Shown here: positions 47,537 through 58,433 of the stretch, piece by piece
Layout: each line of letters starts with the position of its first letter
How positions within the stretch are numbered: the first letter of the stretch is position 1
IMG/VR virus record: IMGVR_UViG_3300025652_000047
Location: 1 to 64,000 of that record
Source: a virus
Length of the DNA stretch: 64,000 nucleotides
Reading direction: 5' to 3' (one strand)
Position numbers and translations under genes: made by a program
The notes under the pieces: model-generated
Database searches by the model: none
The model's input: the letters and a program-made list of their open reading frames with translations, nothing else
What the model was told of the DNA's origin: nothing

Positions 47537-48667
47537 ATGAAAAATCATACATTATATGTTAATCCTGTACAAGGGATTAGTGTCCAAGGAAGGCACACAA
47601 GAACTTACAAAACATTTGATCCTGTAACAGGAGAAGAAGTTAATAGAAGTCCTATTAATCAATCAAGAGGGTCAAAGGTACATGATCAGTATAAGTTTAA
47701 AGCAGATTATGCTAAACGAAGATTGATTACTGGTTTAGATGTACTAATTGAAAATCCTTTTAAAGGTAAAAAAGCTACTGAGTTACAAGTAGAATATGGT
47801 CTATCAAAGTTATGGGATTCATTATTAGAATCATTAGTAATAGAAGATAAGATTTCAAAACAAAGAGAATTTGAAGTAAAAGATGGAGTAGATCCAGATT
47901 TCTATACTTCAGAAATGAAAGGTGCAACTTTAATGGATGCAGGAAAAGGTACTGAACGAGATGCAGAAGCCCCAACCTTTCTACAAAAATTTAAGATTGT
48001 TCTTTATCCTAGAACTAATAGATTTTCATCAGACTCACCTAGAGGAAGGTTATCTATGCAGTTGATAAAGAATCATAATAGGATTGCAAGCTCACTAGAT
48101 GATATTAATCCTACTTCGCATAGATTCTTTATTTCTGAAGAAAATGAAGCTACAGAAAGAAGAGTTAAACGAAGAGAGAAGATTACTGAAGCAGCATACA
48201 ACTATGAAACTCTTAAACGTAAGTTTGAGGCTTTAGATAGATACAAAGCAGCGATAGTACTAAAAGATAATAATGGTATTAACATCCTAAAAGGACGAGC
48301 TACTGATGATAAAGTAAAAGAAGTTTTACTTGAGTATATCTCTAGTACTAATAGGCATCAACTTTCTAATGGGGAAAGGTTAACTGCTTTAGTTGAAAGA
48401 ATGGGTATAGCTGAAGAGTCTTATAAAATAGATATTGAGTACTTAATACAACAAGCTCTAAATGGTAATGTAATTACTGCTAGAGATGGAAGGTATACAT
48501 GGCACTCACAAATACAAGATCCTAATGTAGGGGAGTTTACTTCATCACTTACATTTAAAAACTTTATTCTTTCTGAATATGAAAAATACTCTCCAAAGAG
48601 TAAATCTCAGAACTGGTATAAGATTTTATTTGATGAAGTTAAATCAAAAGACATTTGGATAGAATAA
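47537..48667 (+). CDS. Conserved crAss-like structural protein following MCP
   Basis: Position in the conserved capsid block; motif-level resemblance only. Confidence 0.55.
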   Translation: MKNHTLYVNPVQGISVQGRHTRTYKTFDPVTGEEVNRSPINQSRGSKVHDQYKFKADYAKRRLITGLDVLIENPFKGKKATELQVEYGLSKLWDSLLESLVIEDKISKQREFEVKDGVDPDFYTSEMKGATLMDAGKGTERDAEAPTFLQKFKIVLYPRTNRFSSDSPRGRLSMQLIKNHNRIASSLDDINPTSHRFFISEENEATERRVKRREKITEAAYNYETLKRKFEALDRYKAAIVLKDNNGINILKGRATDDKVKEVLLEYISSTNRHQLSNGERLTALVERMGIAEESYKIDIEYLIQQALNGNVITARDGRYTWHSQIQDPNVGEFTSSLTFKNFILSEYEKYSPKSKSQNWYKILFDEVKSKDIWIE

Positions 48668-48668
48668 T

Positions 48669-49415
48669 ATGGATGCATTAATTGAGAGAGTACACGTACT
48701 GGTAAAGGCTAAGGTAGAAAAGCTAGATTCAAATTCTAGATATGATCTACCCCCAGCATTAATAGATGAGCTGATTAATGTTAGTCAGGATAACTATGTA
48801 GATGCAGCATTTGCAGGTACTGTACTGGCTCAAGGAATGGGGTTTGAAGCTACACAAATGAGAATAGATATGATATCTAATTTGGTAGTAAAGCAACCTG
48901 AGCAAGCTCCTTTATTCCCTATATCTCATAATGATGGGGTTTATGAAGTGCCATTTTCATATCTTACACATAAGTATAGACATTTAGTAAGAGTTAGTAT
49001 TCAGACAGATTGTGGTCCAGTTAATTTAAAGCTAGACCAACATAATCAATTAAATACTATTTTAAATGATCAATTTTCAAAGCCTTCTAGAAAATGGAAA
49101 AGAATTCCGTTTACTATTGCAAGGGCATCATCAGGGAATGGATCTGCTTTATACTTATACACAAACAAGGAATTTACAATTTCAACAGTAGATGTTGAAT
49201 ATATTAAACAACCTAGAAGAGCTTTTATTGGTGGCTATAATAGTATAGAAACTACTAAAAACTTAGAAGGTTATTCACAGACTGATGATTCAGTTAATCC
49301 AGAAATAGATGAAACTTTCATTGATGTTCTAGTTAACTTTGTTGTTAGGGAATGGGAGGCTATGCAGATTACTGACTATAATGTAGCACAGAGTCAATTA
49401 TCTTCCAATATTTAA
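48669..49415 (+). CDS. Tail ring/adaptor protein (crAss-like)
   Basis: KLDS.....P..ID..IN..Q ... GFE.TQ.RID ... L.D.F.KP ... EYIK.P. Confidence 0.7.
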   Translation: MDALIERVHVLVKAKVEKLDSNSRYDLPPALIDELINVSQDNYVDAAFAGTVLAQGMGFEATQMRIDMISNLVVKQPEQAPLFPISHNDGVYEVPFSYLTHKYRHLVRVSIQTDCGPVNLKLDQHNQLNTILNDQFSKPSRKWKRIPFTIARASSGNGSALYLYTNKEFTISTVDVEYIKQPRRAFIGGYNSIETTKNLEGYSQTDDSVNPEIDETFIDVLVNFVVREWEAMQITDYNVAQSQLSSNI

Positions 49416-49434
49416 TTAAAATAATTTTATTAAA

Positions 49435-50880
49435 ATGACACAATTTAAAAGAAATAATAAGCTTGACATGGAAGAAATTCTGGTTGCAAAGCCACAAGCT
49501 TTTTCAAAAAACACTCCTGTATTAGGAGCTAGTAACATGAACCTAGTAGATGGACAATTTGGTGTAGCATCTGCAGATTTTTATGGTACAGTTACTGCAA
49601 ATACATTTTTAGCAGGTGGTGAGACAGCATCAAATGTTAGAGCTATTAGAGTAATTCAGGGTACACCTGCAAGTTCTAATTTAGCATTAGCGGATGCATG
49701 GCAAGTATCTGATCCTGCGTATGTAGCATCAGATGATATACACAAAGATAATGTAAGATCTCTTACTTTAACTAAGCCTAGGACAGCAGTATATTCTGCA
49801 ACTGCGGTTGTTGATTTTCCTGCACCTTTAGACAATTCTGATTATGGAATTATAGTAGAGATGGACTCTAATCAAATAGAGAAAACTCATGGGTTCAATA
49901 CTAAATCAGCAATAAGCAAAATACTTAGCCCTGATTTTACAGATTTAGGTACAGTTAGTCCTAAAGATTATGTACTTCAGAATTTACTTTACAAACTTAA
50001 CCTTAAGTCTTTTACTTTCACAGGAGAGAACGGAGATTCAAAAGGTAAAGATCCGTTTGTAGCTTTAGCTATCAATGCAGTAGGTGGAGCAGGTACTCCA
50101 ATAGGTGCAATAGTAGTAGGAGATGTAGTACCATTTATGACATACCAAGGTATCACATCTAGTGTTACAATTACTCCAGAGATGGTAGCAGGTTTAGCAA
50201 AATTACTTAAGTTACAAGCTGCAGCAGTAACTGCAGGAGATGCAACTGAAGCAATTGTAGCTGCATCTACAATAGAGGTAATTGACCTTACTACTGCAGG
50301 AGCAGCAGCTAAAGTAGATGGCTTTATTGTTTTAGGTGAGAGAGATTCAATTCCATTAGGAGTGAATACTAATCCAAATTATACAGTAGATGTTACAGTT
50401 AATTTAACTGATGCATTTAGAGTATCTGAAGGATTTAGCCAAACAAAGTCTTACAGTGAAGAGTCTAAAAACATGAATTGGTCTTTAGCTAATAGACGTA
50501 GATCACAAAGAATGAATCATAATCTATATGTAGAAACTGATTATCCTTCATTCAATGTAGTAGAAGGTTTTAATTATGTTGGAGAAAATACTCCATATAC
50601 TTCTGCTATTTTAGATTACTTTGATTACGAGGAAACTTTAACTAGAGAGGAGCATAATCCTAAGCAATTAGTTATGCTTATGCCAGCAGTTATGGATGTA
50701 ACAGAAACAGTTACTACTGTACTAGCAGCTTATACTTCTGATACTGATAATTTATTTTCAGTAATTGCAGTTAGTGCAGACGGTGCTACTTCAAATGTAC
50801 CATTTGTAACTGATTACAATGCAGTATTTGTACCTTGGGTAGCAAGTACTGATGCAGTAATTGTAGGTACTCTTTCTTAA
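49435..50880 (+). CDS. Auxiliary capsid/structural protein (crAss-like)
   Basis: Position, Ala/Thr-rich beta content, own terminator. Confidence 0.55.
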   Translation: MTQFKRNNKLDMEEILVAKPQAFSKNTPVLGASNMNLVDGQFGVASADFYGTVTANTFLAGGETASNVRAIRVIQGTPASSNLALADAWQVSDPAYVASDDIHKDNVRSLTLTKPRTAVYSATAVVDFPAPLDNSDYGIIVEMDSNQIEKTHGFNTKSAISKILSPDFTDLGTVSPKDYVLQNLLYKLNLKSFTFTGENGDSKGKDPFVALAINAVGGAGTPIGAIVVGDVVPFMTYQGITSSVTITPEMVAGLAKLLKLQAAAVTAGDATEAIVAASTIEVIDLTTAGAAAKVDGFIVLGERDSIPLGVNTNPNYTVDVTVNLTDAFRVSEGFSQTKSYSEESKNMNWSLANRRRSQRMNHNLYVETDYPSFNVVEGFNYVGENTPYTSAILDYFDYEETLTREEHNPKQLVMLMPAVMDVTETVTTVLAAYTSDTDNLFSVIAVSADGATSNVPFVTDYNAVFVPWVASTDAVIVGTLS

Positions 50881-50895
50881 TATTTACAAATATAT

Positions 50896-50938
50896 AATGC
50901 AAACTTTTCCTAGTAATGGGAGAGGTTTGCATTTTTTA
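50896..50938 (+). terminator. Intrinsic terminator
   Basis: AATGCAAAC...GTTTGCATT hairpin plus T tract. Confidence 0.65.
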
Positions 50939-50950
50939 ATATAATATCCC

Positions 50951-51580
50951 ATGGACATTAAAAAAACATTTATAAAAGTATTTAATTCTAAAGATACTAT
51001 TTTTGGGAGATCAGATGCTAGAGAATCTAAAAGTATAAGTGGAGGATTAGCTAACTATAATAAAAGTTTTATAAGTTTAGTATCTAAAGCGTTAGAATAT
51101 TTGGGAAATACTGAAGGAAATTCCCTATGCGATGCAATTAAAAATTGCACTCCAGATATAGACATTATAACTTCATTTGAACTCCAAAATAATACTTACA
51201 ATCTTGGGGATTTTAAAGACCAAGTATTACGAATTAGAAATATAGGAGATGATCCTACAAAAGGACTTATTACAGTATTTATGTCTGATATAGCTGGATT
51301 TACAATTACTTTTGACCAGACTCAAACAACTGCTTCCGTAGTTTTAGGATCAAAAGATGTAAATAATAATGACTGGATAGCAATACCTATGGTAGGTGGA
51401 ATAGCATATCAGAGTATAGTATCTATACCAGGAAACGGAGAAAGTAAAATTGGAATAATTACAGAAGCAACTCAAGCAGGTGTAAGTTCAACTATGGAGA
51501 TTATTATACAGAATGGATCTGGAGGAGAAACTAATTACACTAATAACTCAGACACTAAACTTCTTTCGGTTTCAGCATAA
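50951..51580 (+). CDS. Short fibre/decoration protein: shared N-terminal anchor plus DUF11-like Ig domain
   Basis: MDIKKTFIKVFNSKDTIFGRSD; PTKG.ITV ... NNDW ... GSGGETNYTNN. Confidence 0.65.
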   Translation: MDIKKTFIKVFNSKDTIFGRSDARESKSISGGLANYNKSFISLVSKALEYLGNTEGNSLCDAIKNCTPDIDIITSFELQNNTYNLGDFKDQVLRIRNIGDDPTKGLITVFMSDIAGFTITFDQTQTTASVVLGSKDVNNNDWIAIPMVGGIAYQSIVSIPGNGESKIGIITEATQAGVSSTMEIIIQNGSGGETNYTNNSDTKLLSVSA

Positions 51581-51700
51581 AAATATAATAATGGATATTA
51601 AAAAAACATTTATAAAAGTATTTAATTCTAAAGATACTATTTTTGGGAGATCAGATTCTGCTGGATCATCTAAAGTAATAGGTGGATTAGCTAACTACAA
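50951..51700 (+). repeat. Direct repeat encoding identical N-termini of two adjacent genes
   Basis: 50951-51016 and 51591-51656 differ at one base; similarity continues through GGLANYN. Confidence 0.9.
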
Positions 51701-53825
51701 TCGTAAATTTGTAGATTTAGTAGCAATGGCTGCTGCAGAACTCAATATAGCAAATGTAGGAGGATCTGTTATTTCAGGAGTTACAGAAGTTCCTGATTTC
51801 AATGCAAGTACATACCCAGAAGGTACAGTAGTGCAAGGAGATAGTATAGGAGCATTTATTTCTGATGGTATCCAGTGGGTAACACTTCAATCATCTCAAA
51901 AAAAAGTTATTGAAATACCTAATACTGAATTTGCTATTGTTAGTAATCCTACTATATCAGAAGTGAGAACTTGGGTTGATGCAAATTTGACTGATTTACA
52001 GAAAGTAAACAGTGAACTCTATATGATAGAAGCTTTGCAAGACTTTTCTACTGAAGATGTATATACTGGGGTAACTTTCTTTACTCCAGGATTAAGTGGG
52101 GTAGCTGATATTAATATTACATCAATGGATATTGATGGCGTTAATTATCCAATAAGCTCTTCATATAAAACTGGAGGTGTATATGACCAAGACGTAGTAC
52201 AACTTTTAATAGATATAAATACAGCTACAGCAAGTGCAGGCTTAGTATTTGATACTATAACTGTAGGTGGACCACACCAAACTGGGGATAATTTTATTAT
52301 GCCTCTTAATTTAGTTTCAGGTAATTCTGAATCTATTAATATAAGTATTAACTTTGATAATATAGCAACTCTTGGTCCTGAAACTATAGATTATGAGCTT
52401 GTATATACTATTACAACATTAGGTTCAACTCCAGATGAACCAGATTATATTTGGAGTATTGTTCAAGATGAAATCTTACAAAAGTTTAGAAGACAAAATG
52501 ATGGTGCAATTTGGTACATAGATCCTTCAATAGCAGTAGGGAGAGAAGTTTATGGACAAAAAGGTAACCCTGATAGACCTTTAAGAGTATTTGATCATAT
52601 ACAAGCTAATGCTAATTTAGTAGACAATGATACAGTATTATTTAGAGCAGGAAATTACACAACTACTAACGCAACTGCAATTGTCAAAGGTAATGTATAT
52701 TATAAATTTGAACCAGGTGCAATAGTAGGAGGGTCTGCTGTTGGTACAAAGATTATTACTGCTCCTGACGGTGAATTTTTAAATATTACAGGATATTTAG
52801 ATACTCAAATGTACGTAGAATCTGATGGAGTAGGGGAAGTATCGGTTACTGCAAAAGCACTTGGAAATCTAATTATAACAAATGGAACTGTATCTAAAGT
52901 ACATATGGATGTAGACCACATTGAAGGTCAAAATACATCTAGTTCATTTTTAAGTTTTTATACCCCTAATGATATAGGAGCAGTAGTAGCAAATATAAAA
53001 ACATTACGTAGTAATTTTCTTACTGATAGTTTTCCAAATAATTGTGATTATAACGTAAATATAGGTAGGATATTATTCGATGGTTATAATGGTCCTCAAC
53101 TTTTTCCTATTTATCAAGTAGATGGATTAAATGCAAATATAAATATAGGATCCGTTATAGTAAATGGAGATAGTTTACCAAGTAATGCACTTATTGGTAA
53201 AGCCATAGGGGGGTCAGGGCATTACCTTACCAATTCCACTGTTAATATAACAGTTGATTATTTTAAAGCTATAACCGCACCTTCAAGTGAATTTAATACT
53301 TCAAGTTTAGTAAATCTAAATTCCCTCCTTACTTTTACAAATAGCAATATTACTTTAGATATAAAATCAGGAGTTACAGCCTATCAATTATACAAAGGAG
53401 GTGCAAATGATACAGTTACTGATGCTTGGACTAATTCAAATATTACTTACAAAGGCAATTTAGAATTACTTGGGTTATTTGATCCACTACAACAATTTAT
53501 GGTTATGGATTCTACTTCATACATAGCTTTAGAAGGTAAATTTACAACTCCTGCTGCCAACTTACTTAGGTTATCTAGAATAACATCTGCAGGCACAATT
53601 TTTATAAGAGATGCAAAATTGCAATCTGAAAAAGAAGCTATTGAAGTTACAAGTCCAGATTCTATAATAATAACTAACAGTACAATTATTACAGATGGTA
53701 CAGTAGATATAATAAATACTACTAATGATGTAGTATCAGATAGTGTAGTTACAAATACACTTGTAACAGGAGGTTATTCTGTAGTAGGTACTGCACCAGT
53801 CAGAAATGCAGCTTTTAGAATATAA
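51591..53825 (+). CDS. Long fibre/receptor-binding protein with beta-helix (pectin-lyase-like) domain; true start 51591
   Basis: Same N-terminal anchor; WYIDPS...G.KGNPDRP...DTVLFRAGNY beta-helix cap; N/I-rich repeats. Confidence 0.7.
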   Translation: MDIKKTFIKVFNSKDTIFGRSDSAGSSKVIGGLANYNRKFVDLVAMAAAELNIANVGGSVISGVTEVPDFNASTYPEGTVVQGDSIGAFISDGIQWVTLQSSQKKVIEIPNTEFAIVSNPTISEVRTWVDANLTDLQKVNSELYMIEALQDFSTEDVYTGVTFFTPGLSGVADINITSMDIDGVNYPISSSYKTGGVYDQDVVQLLIDINTATASAGLVFDTITVGGPHQTGDNFIMPLNLVSGNSESINISINFDNIATLGPETIDYELVYTITTLGSTPDEPDYIWSIVQDEILQKFRRQNDGAIWYIDPSIAVGREVYGQKGNPDRPLRVFDHIQANANLVDNDTVLFRAGNYTTTNATAIVKGNVYYKFEPGAIVGGSAVGTKIITAPDGEFLNITGYLDTQMYVESDGVGEVSVTAKALGNLIITNGTVSKVHMDVDHIEGQNTSSSFLSFYTPNDIGAVVANIKTLRSNFLTDSFPNNCDYNVNIGRILFDGYNGPQLFPIYQVDGLNANINIGSVIVNGDSLPSNALIGKAIGGSGHYLTNSTVNITVDYFKAITAPSSEFNTSSLVNLNSLLTFTNSNITLDIKSGVTAYQLYKGGANDTVTDAWTNSNITYKGNLELLGLFDPLQQFMVMDSTSYIALEGKFTTPAANLLRLSRITSAGTIFIRDAKLQSEKEAIEVTSPDSIIITNSTIITDGTVDIINTTNDVVSDSVVTNTLVTGGYSVVGTAPVRNAAFRI

Positions 53826-53862
53826 ATTTTCAATTAATACACAACATTTAAAATAAAAAATT

Positions 53863-54084
53863 ATGGGTAAGTATAACGATTTAACAATAATGGATCAGAT
53901 AAAAGGATGGAGATATAGTTTATTATATGTAGCTGCATTCTTAGTTATGTTAGCATATTTCTATATATTTGATAACACAGAAGAAGTATCTAATTCAGAT
54001 ACTGTAATGATAGCAGTTCCATACATTGTCATAGGAGCAATTGCAGGGGTAGTACATTGGAAAAAGCTATTAGGAACTAAGTAA
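53863..54084 (+). CDS. Two-TM membrane protein (holin candidate)
   Basis: Two hydrophobic helices, basic C-terminus. Confidence 0.45.
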   Translation: MGKYNDLTIMDQIKGWRYSLLYVAAFLVMLAYFYIFDNTEEVSNSDTVMIAVPYIVIGAIAGVVHWKKLLGTK

Positions 54085-54103
54085 CATAATAAATATATAA
54101 ACA

Positions 54104-54466
54104 ATGGGAATTTTGAAAATAGCACTAGTTATAGTAGCAATAGTATATTGGATTATATATACTGCAAAAGTAGATGCTGGACATATTTTAGAAGGGGAAG
54201 GTATTAAAGACCATACTCCTAGAACAATACAAAGAATCTGTGTTGGAGTACTAGTTGCTTGTATTCATCCTTTCCTTGGTTTAATTACAGCTCTTTTGTT
54301 TTGGGCGTTATTTGATACTATATTAAATTATTTAAGAGGACTCCCACTTTCATATATAGGTAATACTGCAAAAACAGATATATTTTTTACTAATCATAAA
54401 TATACTTACTGGGCATTAAAAGGACTTGCTTTATTTTGGTCATTAATTCTAATAACATATATATAA
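54104..54466 (+). CDS. Multi-TM membrane protein
   Basis: H..R ... FW.LFD..LN.LRG....YIG.TA..D. Confidence 0.6.
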   Translation: MGILKIALVIVAIVYWIIYTAKVDAGHILEGEGIKDHTPRTIQRICVGVLVACIHPFLGLITALLFWALFDTILNYLRGLPLSYIGNTAKTDIFFTNHKYTYWALKGLALFWSLILITYI

Positions 54467-54467
54467 T

Positions 54468-56714
54468 ATGAACACAACTTTTAATTGTTATAACAGTGTA
54501 ATCATAGAAAACCCTGATTCTAACCCTTACTATGGGATATTTTCAGGCTTTGACTATGTTAATATGTCTGCATATGGTGGGGATAGTTATACTGTAGTAA
54601 CATCAAACCAAGATATTATTGATGCTTTTGCAGCATTAGGTATACCAGTCAAACTAAATGGCTACGAGATAGTTATATTAGATACTACTTATAGTGCTGT
54701 AAATCTAACTTCTTCAAAGAATCCTGAAATAAAATTTACAGATGCATTAAGTGTAGATACTTGTATTACTACAGAGACTAGGTTTAACTTAGCATTTTAT
54801 GGAGGAGATTCTATAGAGTTTTTATATTCCATAGAAGAAATAAAAACTAGATTAGAATTTTTAACTCAAGTAGATGTTACAGTAACAACATGTGGAGCTA
54901 TTTTTGATAAGTATCCTGGATCTGTTCAAGATATTATAATAGATAGTGACCCTACAGCAACATATACCATAAGTACGGTAGCTACTTCAATTGATTTTGG
55001 AATACATAATGCTATAGATTTAACTCCATATGGAGGCACTATAATAGGTGTAACTACAGAAGCACAGGTTATAACAGCTTTTGCAGCATTAGGAATTACA
55101 ATAACTTTTGATGATACTGCACCTATATTGGTAGAGTACACAGGAGCTGTATACCCTATAGAATTATGCTTAATAGATACTTTTGAAATAACAGGTTTTA
55201 ACTTTGATAAAGTTAATTTTCCTGTAGAATACGGAGGTACACAAGTACTTAATTCACCTGCTGCTATACAGAGTTATTTAGCAACTAATTATTCAACATC
55301 TACTACGTTTGTAAATAACCCTACAGGTTATACTTACACTGTAGTTACTCCAGTATGTACAGAGATAGCAAATATAACTACAGATATATTCAATGTTGTT
55401 TCCGCTAATCCTGATATATATGAGTTTTGTATAGAACAAAATACATCTTTTTCTACTAATATATTGGGTAATGATTCAATGGTAGATGGTGAAGAAGTAA
55501 TTAAAATAAATGGACAAAGTGTTGTAACAGGTACTTCTGTTAATATTGCTGCTGGATTAGATATAATTTACGAAGGTAATGGAGATATTCAAATAGTAGG
55601 TTCAAATGATTACGTATCTAATTTAACAGACACAGTTACTTATACAATAAGAAACAATGATAATCAAGAGGCTGGGTCTTTTATTCAGTTTTGCTTTGCA
55701 GATACTCCAGTAGTTAATCCTGATGCAGTTACAATGACTTGTAATACGCCATCAGCGTTACTTACAGTATTAGCAAATGACTTTACTGCATACAATAACC
55801 TAACTATAACACATATAAATAATATACAAATAGGAGTACAAACTAGTATTAACTTAGAACCTGGGTTAGATATTACAAGTATAGATACTGCAGTAGGCTT
55901 TATAATTACACCTAGCGATGATTACCAAGGTTCTGGTAGTATATCTTATACAGTAACAAATGGAGCCTTTACAGCTACTGGGTACGTAGAGTATGTAGTA
56001 AGTGATTGTGATCCATGTGTTACAAACAATTTAACATTTCCAGTGACAGCAGATTGTGCTGAATTATGCTGGAGTTCATTATTAAATTCACTATCTCCAG
56101 TTGCTAATTTTATACTACAATTCTTAGATAGTTCTGGGAACCCAGTAGAAAATGCAAATGGAGACATAATAAAAGTTGCAAATGGTACATTCTATGATTC
56201 GAGTAGTACTTTGCCTATTGACACTTGTATACCTTTTAAAGCAGGAGACTATTCAGTAGAAATAATAGATTCTGATTTAGGTAGTAATTTACTATGTCCT
56301 TCATTGGATTTTACTATGTTGCCAGTAACTTGTGATGGAAACCCTTGTACATTTAGTTATAATGGACCAGGTGGAGTAGCTTCTAGTTTACAATTTAATG
56401 TAGAAGTAGGTCCTACAGCTACTATAACAATAGTAGATTTTGAACCTTATAGTCAGCCAGATGGAATAGTAATAGAGTATAATGGCAGTGTTATATATCA
56501 TACAGGATTATCTGCAACAATGCCATATATAAGTGATGCAATAACTAGTTTTGTATGTAGTGGAATAATTTATACTTCACAAATAGTTCCTGATCCTGTT
56601 AATGTAGACATATCAGTACCATACATACCAGGAGTAGAAACTGCTTTAGTAAGTATTTATGGAAAACCATGTACAACTACAGGTTGGAATCTAACAATTA
56701 AATGTACCGCATAA
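54468..56714 (+). CDS. Virion/tail-associated protein with cadherin-like (Ig_9) repeats, Cys-rich
   Basis: A.PD......N......L.ND ... TYT repeats (x2); internal duplication AYGG...V.T....I.AFAALGI. Confidence 0.65.
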   Translation: MNTTFNCYNSVIIENPDSNPYYGIFSGFDYVNMSAYGGDSYTVVTSNQDIIDAFAALGIPVKLNGYEIVILDTTYSAVNLTSSKNPEIKFTDALSVDTCITTETRFNLAFYGGDSIEFLYSIEEIKTRLEFLTQVDVTVTTCGAIFDKYPGSVQDIIIDSDPTATYTISTVATSIDFGIHNAIDLTPYGGTIIGVTTEAQVITAFAALGITITFDDTAPILVEYTGAVYPIELCLIDTFEITGFNFDKVNFPVEYGGTQVLNSPAAIQSYLATNYSTSTTFVNNPTGYTYTVVTPVCTEIANITTDIFNVVSANPDIYEFCIEQNTSFSTNILGNDSMVDGEEVIKINGQSVVTGTSVNIAAGLDIIYEGNGDIQIVGSNDYVSNLTDTVTYTIRNNDNQEAGSFIQFCFADTPVVNPDAVTMTCNTPSALLTVLANDFTAYNNLTITHINNIQIGVQTSINLEPGLDITSIDTAVGFIITPSDDYQGSGSISYTVTNGAFTATGYVEYVVSDCDPCVTNNLTFPVTADCAELCWSSLLNSLSPVANFILQFLDSSGNPVENANGDIIKVANGTFYDSSSTLPIDTCIPFKAGDYSVEIIDSDLGSNLLCPSLDFTMLPVTCDGNPCTFSYNGPGGVASSLQFNVEVGPTATITIVDFEPYSQPDGIVIEYNGSVIYHTGLSATMPYISDAITSFVCSGIIYTSQIVPDPVNVDISVPYIPGVETALVSIYGKPCTTTGWNLTIKCTA

Positions 56715-58207
56715 TGATATCATATAACACTAATTATATTAATATAGTAAATGATTATATTCCTCAAGTTTTTAACTCTAAGGATTTACTAAAATTATCT
56801 GTAGAGGGTAAAAAGAACTGTTGTACAGATTTAGAATCTATAGAGTTTGATTTACAATATGATCCATCTTGTATATTTACTGCAAGTTATCAGAATTATC
56901 AAGAGCAATCTACATGTACCCCTACAGGAAGTAAAAATCCAGAGGATTGCTTACCTAATCCAATTGCATCTTACTATAAGAATGTATCGGAGTTATATAT
57001 TTTGTTAGGAGGTAAGTCTACTAATATACTTGATAGAGTATATGATATGACTTTAGAAGCTGATATTACACTATTACAGGAAGATATTATTGCTTATTTT
57101 ACAGCTAACAATATAAAAGCCGTAGTAGAAGTTAATATCACTACTAACAGTACAGGATATCTAAAAACAGAAATACTTATATCTAATTTACCTACTAATG
57201 TAAAGTTTGAAAGCTTTATATTAGCAAATGATGAGACTTGTTATGTTAACATAGTTGCAGTATGTGACTTTGGTATTGCATGTGCAGTATCTCAATATGA
57301 GTTACCTAATAATGCTTATATATATTCTATAGTAACAGATGATACTGAATTAATATTATCATCTACTGTAGGGAAGTTTGCGACAGAAGAAGAGTTACAA
57401 GTACTTACTGATTTAATGGCTAATCTCAATTACAATATTGAGTTTTCATTTGATGATACTAATTTTATAGTAAGTACATTAGATAATCCAATTAACTATA
57501 TTAAGTATAAAGTAGGAGCTGGGGAATTTACTTCTTTTAGTACATGTATAACATATGAAGAAGAGCTACCTAAATGTGTATACTCTACAAAGATACCAAA
57601 AGGAAATACAGTTAATTCTGTGTTAGTATATAATGAAGACGAAAGTTTTACTTCTTCTTTATTTGTAGGATCAATAGATTTAACTACGGATACTTATGAA
57701 AATGATTTATACCAAAGTTTCTTACCTTCTAACAGTACTATAACAGTTGAAGAAGACTCTATAACTATAGAGATTACAGATGGAACATATATTCCTTATT
57801 CTATAATAGTAGATGATGTAGTATATTACTTTGCTTGTAACTCGTTAGAATATTTTCAAAATAACTATGACTCCGACTCAATAGAGTTTACAGGTAATGG
57901 GCTCAACTTAAAGTCTGAGTATTTAGGAGGATATACTTCAGGAGTATACAACGTAAAGCTTACAGTTGAGACACAAGAGCAGATAATATCAGAAAGCTAT
58001 TGTTTGTTTGTTGATTTAGACCTCAAGTGTAAAATAGCAAAGCTTACAGACTTAGATGAGCTAAGAGAAGCTATATTTTTATATGAAGCTTTAAATAGCA
58101 TACAAGACTGTGCAGATTGTGAATGTGAAAATGCTTGTATTTTATACCAAGAACTATACAATATTCTTTCAAGAAACAATATAACAAGTGAAAACTGTAA
58201 CTGCTAA
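56702..58207 (+). CDS. Tail hub/collar-like protein with Cys-rich C-terminus
   Basis: GVY.V.L ... C.FVD..LKCK ... C..C.C..AC..Y..L ... CNC. Confidence 0.55.
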   Translation: MYRIMISYNTNYINIVNDYIPQVFNSKDLLKLSVEGKKNCCTDLESIEFDLQYDPSCIFTASYQNYQEQSTCTPTGSKNPEDCLPNPIASYYKNVSELYILLGGKSTNILDRVYDMTLEADITLLQEDIIAYFTANNIKAVVEVNITTNSTGYLKTEILISNLPTNVKFESFILANDETCYVNIVAVCDFGIACAVSQYELPNNAYIYSIVTDDTELILSSTVGKFATEEELQVLTDLMANLNYNIEFSFDDTNFIVSTLDNPINYIKYKVGAGEFTSFSTCITYEEELPKCVYSTKIPKGNTVNSVLVYNEDESFTSSLFVGSIDLTTDTYENDLYQSFLPSNSTITVEEDSITIEITDGTYIPYSIIVDDVVYYFACNSLEYFQNNYDSDSIEFTGNGLNLKSEYLGGYTSGVYNVKLTVETQEQIISESYCLFVDLDLKCKIAKLTDLDELREAIFLYEALNSIQDCADCECENACILYQELYNILSRNNITSENCNC

Positions 58208-58433
58208 TATAATAGATAGTAAAGTAAATGCAATAAAGGCTGCTAAGTTCCTTATGGACTGTGGTTACGATGATAGTGAGTATATAGACAATTGGTTAAA
58301 AAATTCTGAATGTCCAGAACTTGCTTGTAAGATCATACTAGTAGATCCTTTATGTTCTACAACTTCAAAAAGTTGTATTACAATAAAGAATAAAATTAAA
58401 GTAACAGAAAAATCAAAGATTTGTAATGATTAA
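58188..58433 (+). CDS. Small Cys-rich structural protein
   Basis: ORF overlapping neighbours in the structural operon. Confidence 0.5.
   Translation: MKTVTANIIDSKVNAIKAAKFLMDCGYDDSEYIDNWLKNSECPELACKIILVDPLCSTTSKSCITIKNKIKVTEKSKICND

Noticed and set aside
51513-51590. N-terminal extension of the 770-aa ORF
   Set aside because: Overlaps the upstream gene; the duplicated MDIKK start at 51591 is the evident true start.
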